DNA of 36,166 nucleotides from Folioceros fuciformis (Eukaryota): NCBI GenBank assembly GCA_049999805.1, contig JBNGIO010006079.1, positions 34,281 to 70,446 of the forward strand, read 5' to 3'. Shown piece by piece: positions 36,136 to 36,166 of this stretch (position 1 is its first letter; each line of letters starts with the position of its first letter). The notes under the pieces were generated by a model. It saw only the letters and a program-made list of their open reading frames with translations, ran no database searches and was not told where the DNA came from. The position numbers and the translations under genes were made by a program.

Positions 36136-36166
36136 CCTCCCTTCCCTTCCCTTCCCTTCCCTTCCC
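36136..36166 (+). repeat. (CTTCC)n microsatellite running off the window end
   Basis: cttcccttcccttcccttcccttccc at the 3' end. Confidence 0.85.

Overview
Gene-dense eukaryotic nuclear DNA from a green plant, GC-balanced, with short (~70-200 nt) introns and very short intergenic spacers. The style suggests a compact seed-free land-plant genome such as a hornwort (inference only). Eleven multi-exon protein genes can be reconstructed by hand. Minus strand: KUP/HAK K+ transporter; a type I membrane protein with a cadherin-like beta-sandwich; AP-1 mu subunit; a tiny MOZART2/MZT2-like gene; IREG3/MAR1-type ferroportin (interrupted by a 400-N gap); plastid LPAT1; plastid ObgC GTPase; UPL3 HECT E3 ligase. 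Plus strand: SSSCA1/ZNRD2 and an 18-exon HAP2/GCS1 fusogen homolog. (That lists ten; no eleventh is supported, so the count of supported genes is ten.) A repeat-rich, probably TE-derived block lies at ~16.3-17.3 kb. The most notable observations are: (1) a divergent HAP2 whose cd fusion loop has lost its hydrophobic membrane-insertion segment; (2) duplicated 125-nt mutually exclusive exons in the ferroportin that swap residues at the TM1 metal site; (3) a hidden MZT2-like gamma-tubulin complex microprotein ending 58 nt before the AP1M start; (4) the cadherin-like beta-sandwich membrane protein. All family assignments come from motif recognition and recalled reference sequences, not database searches.
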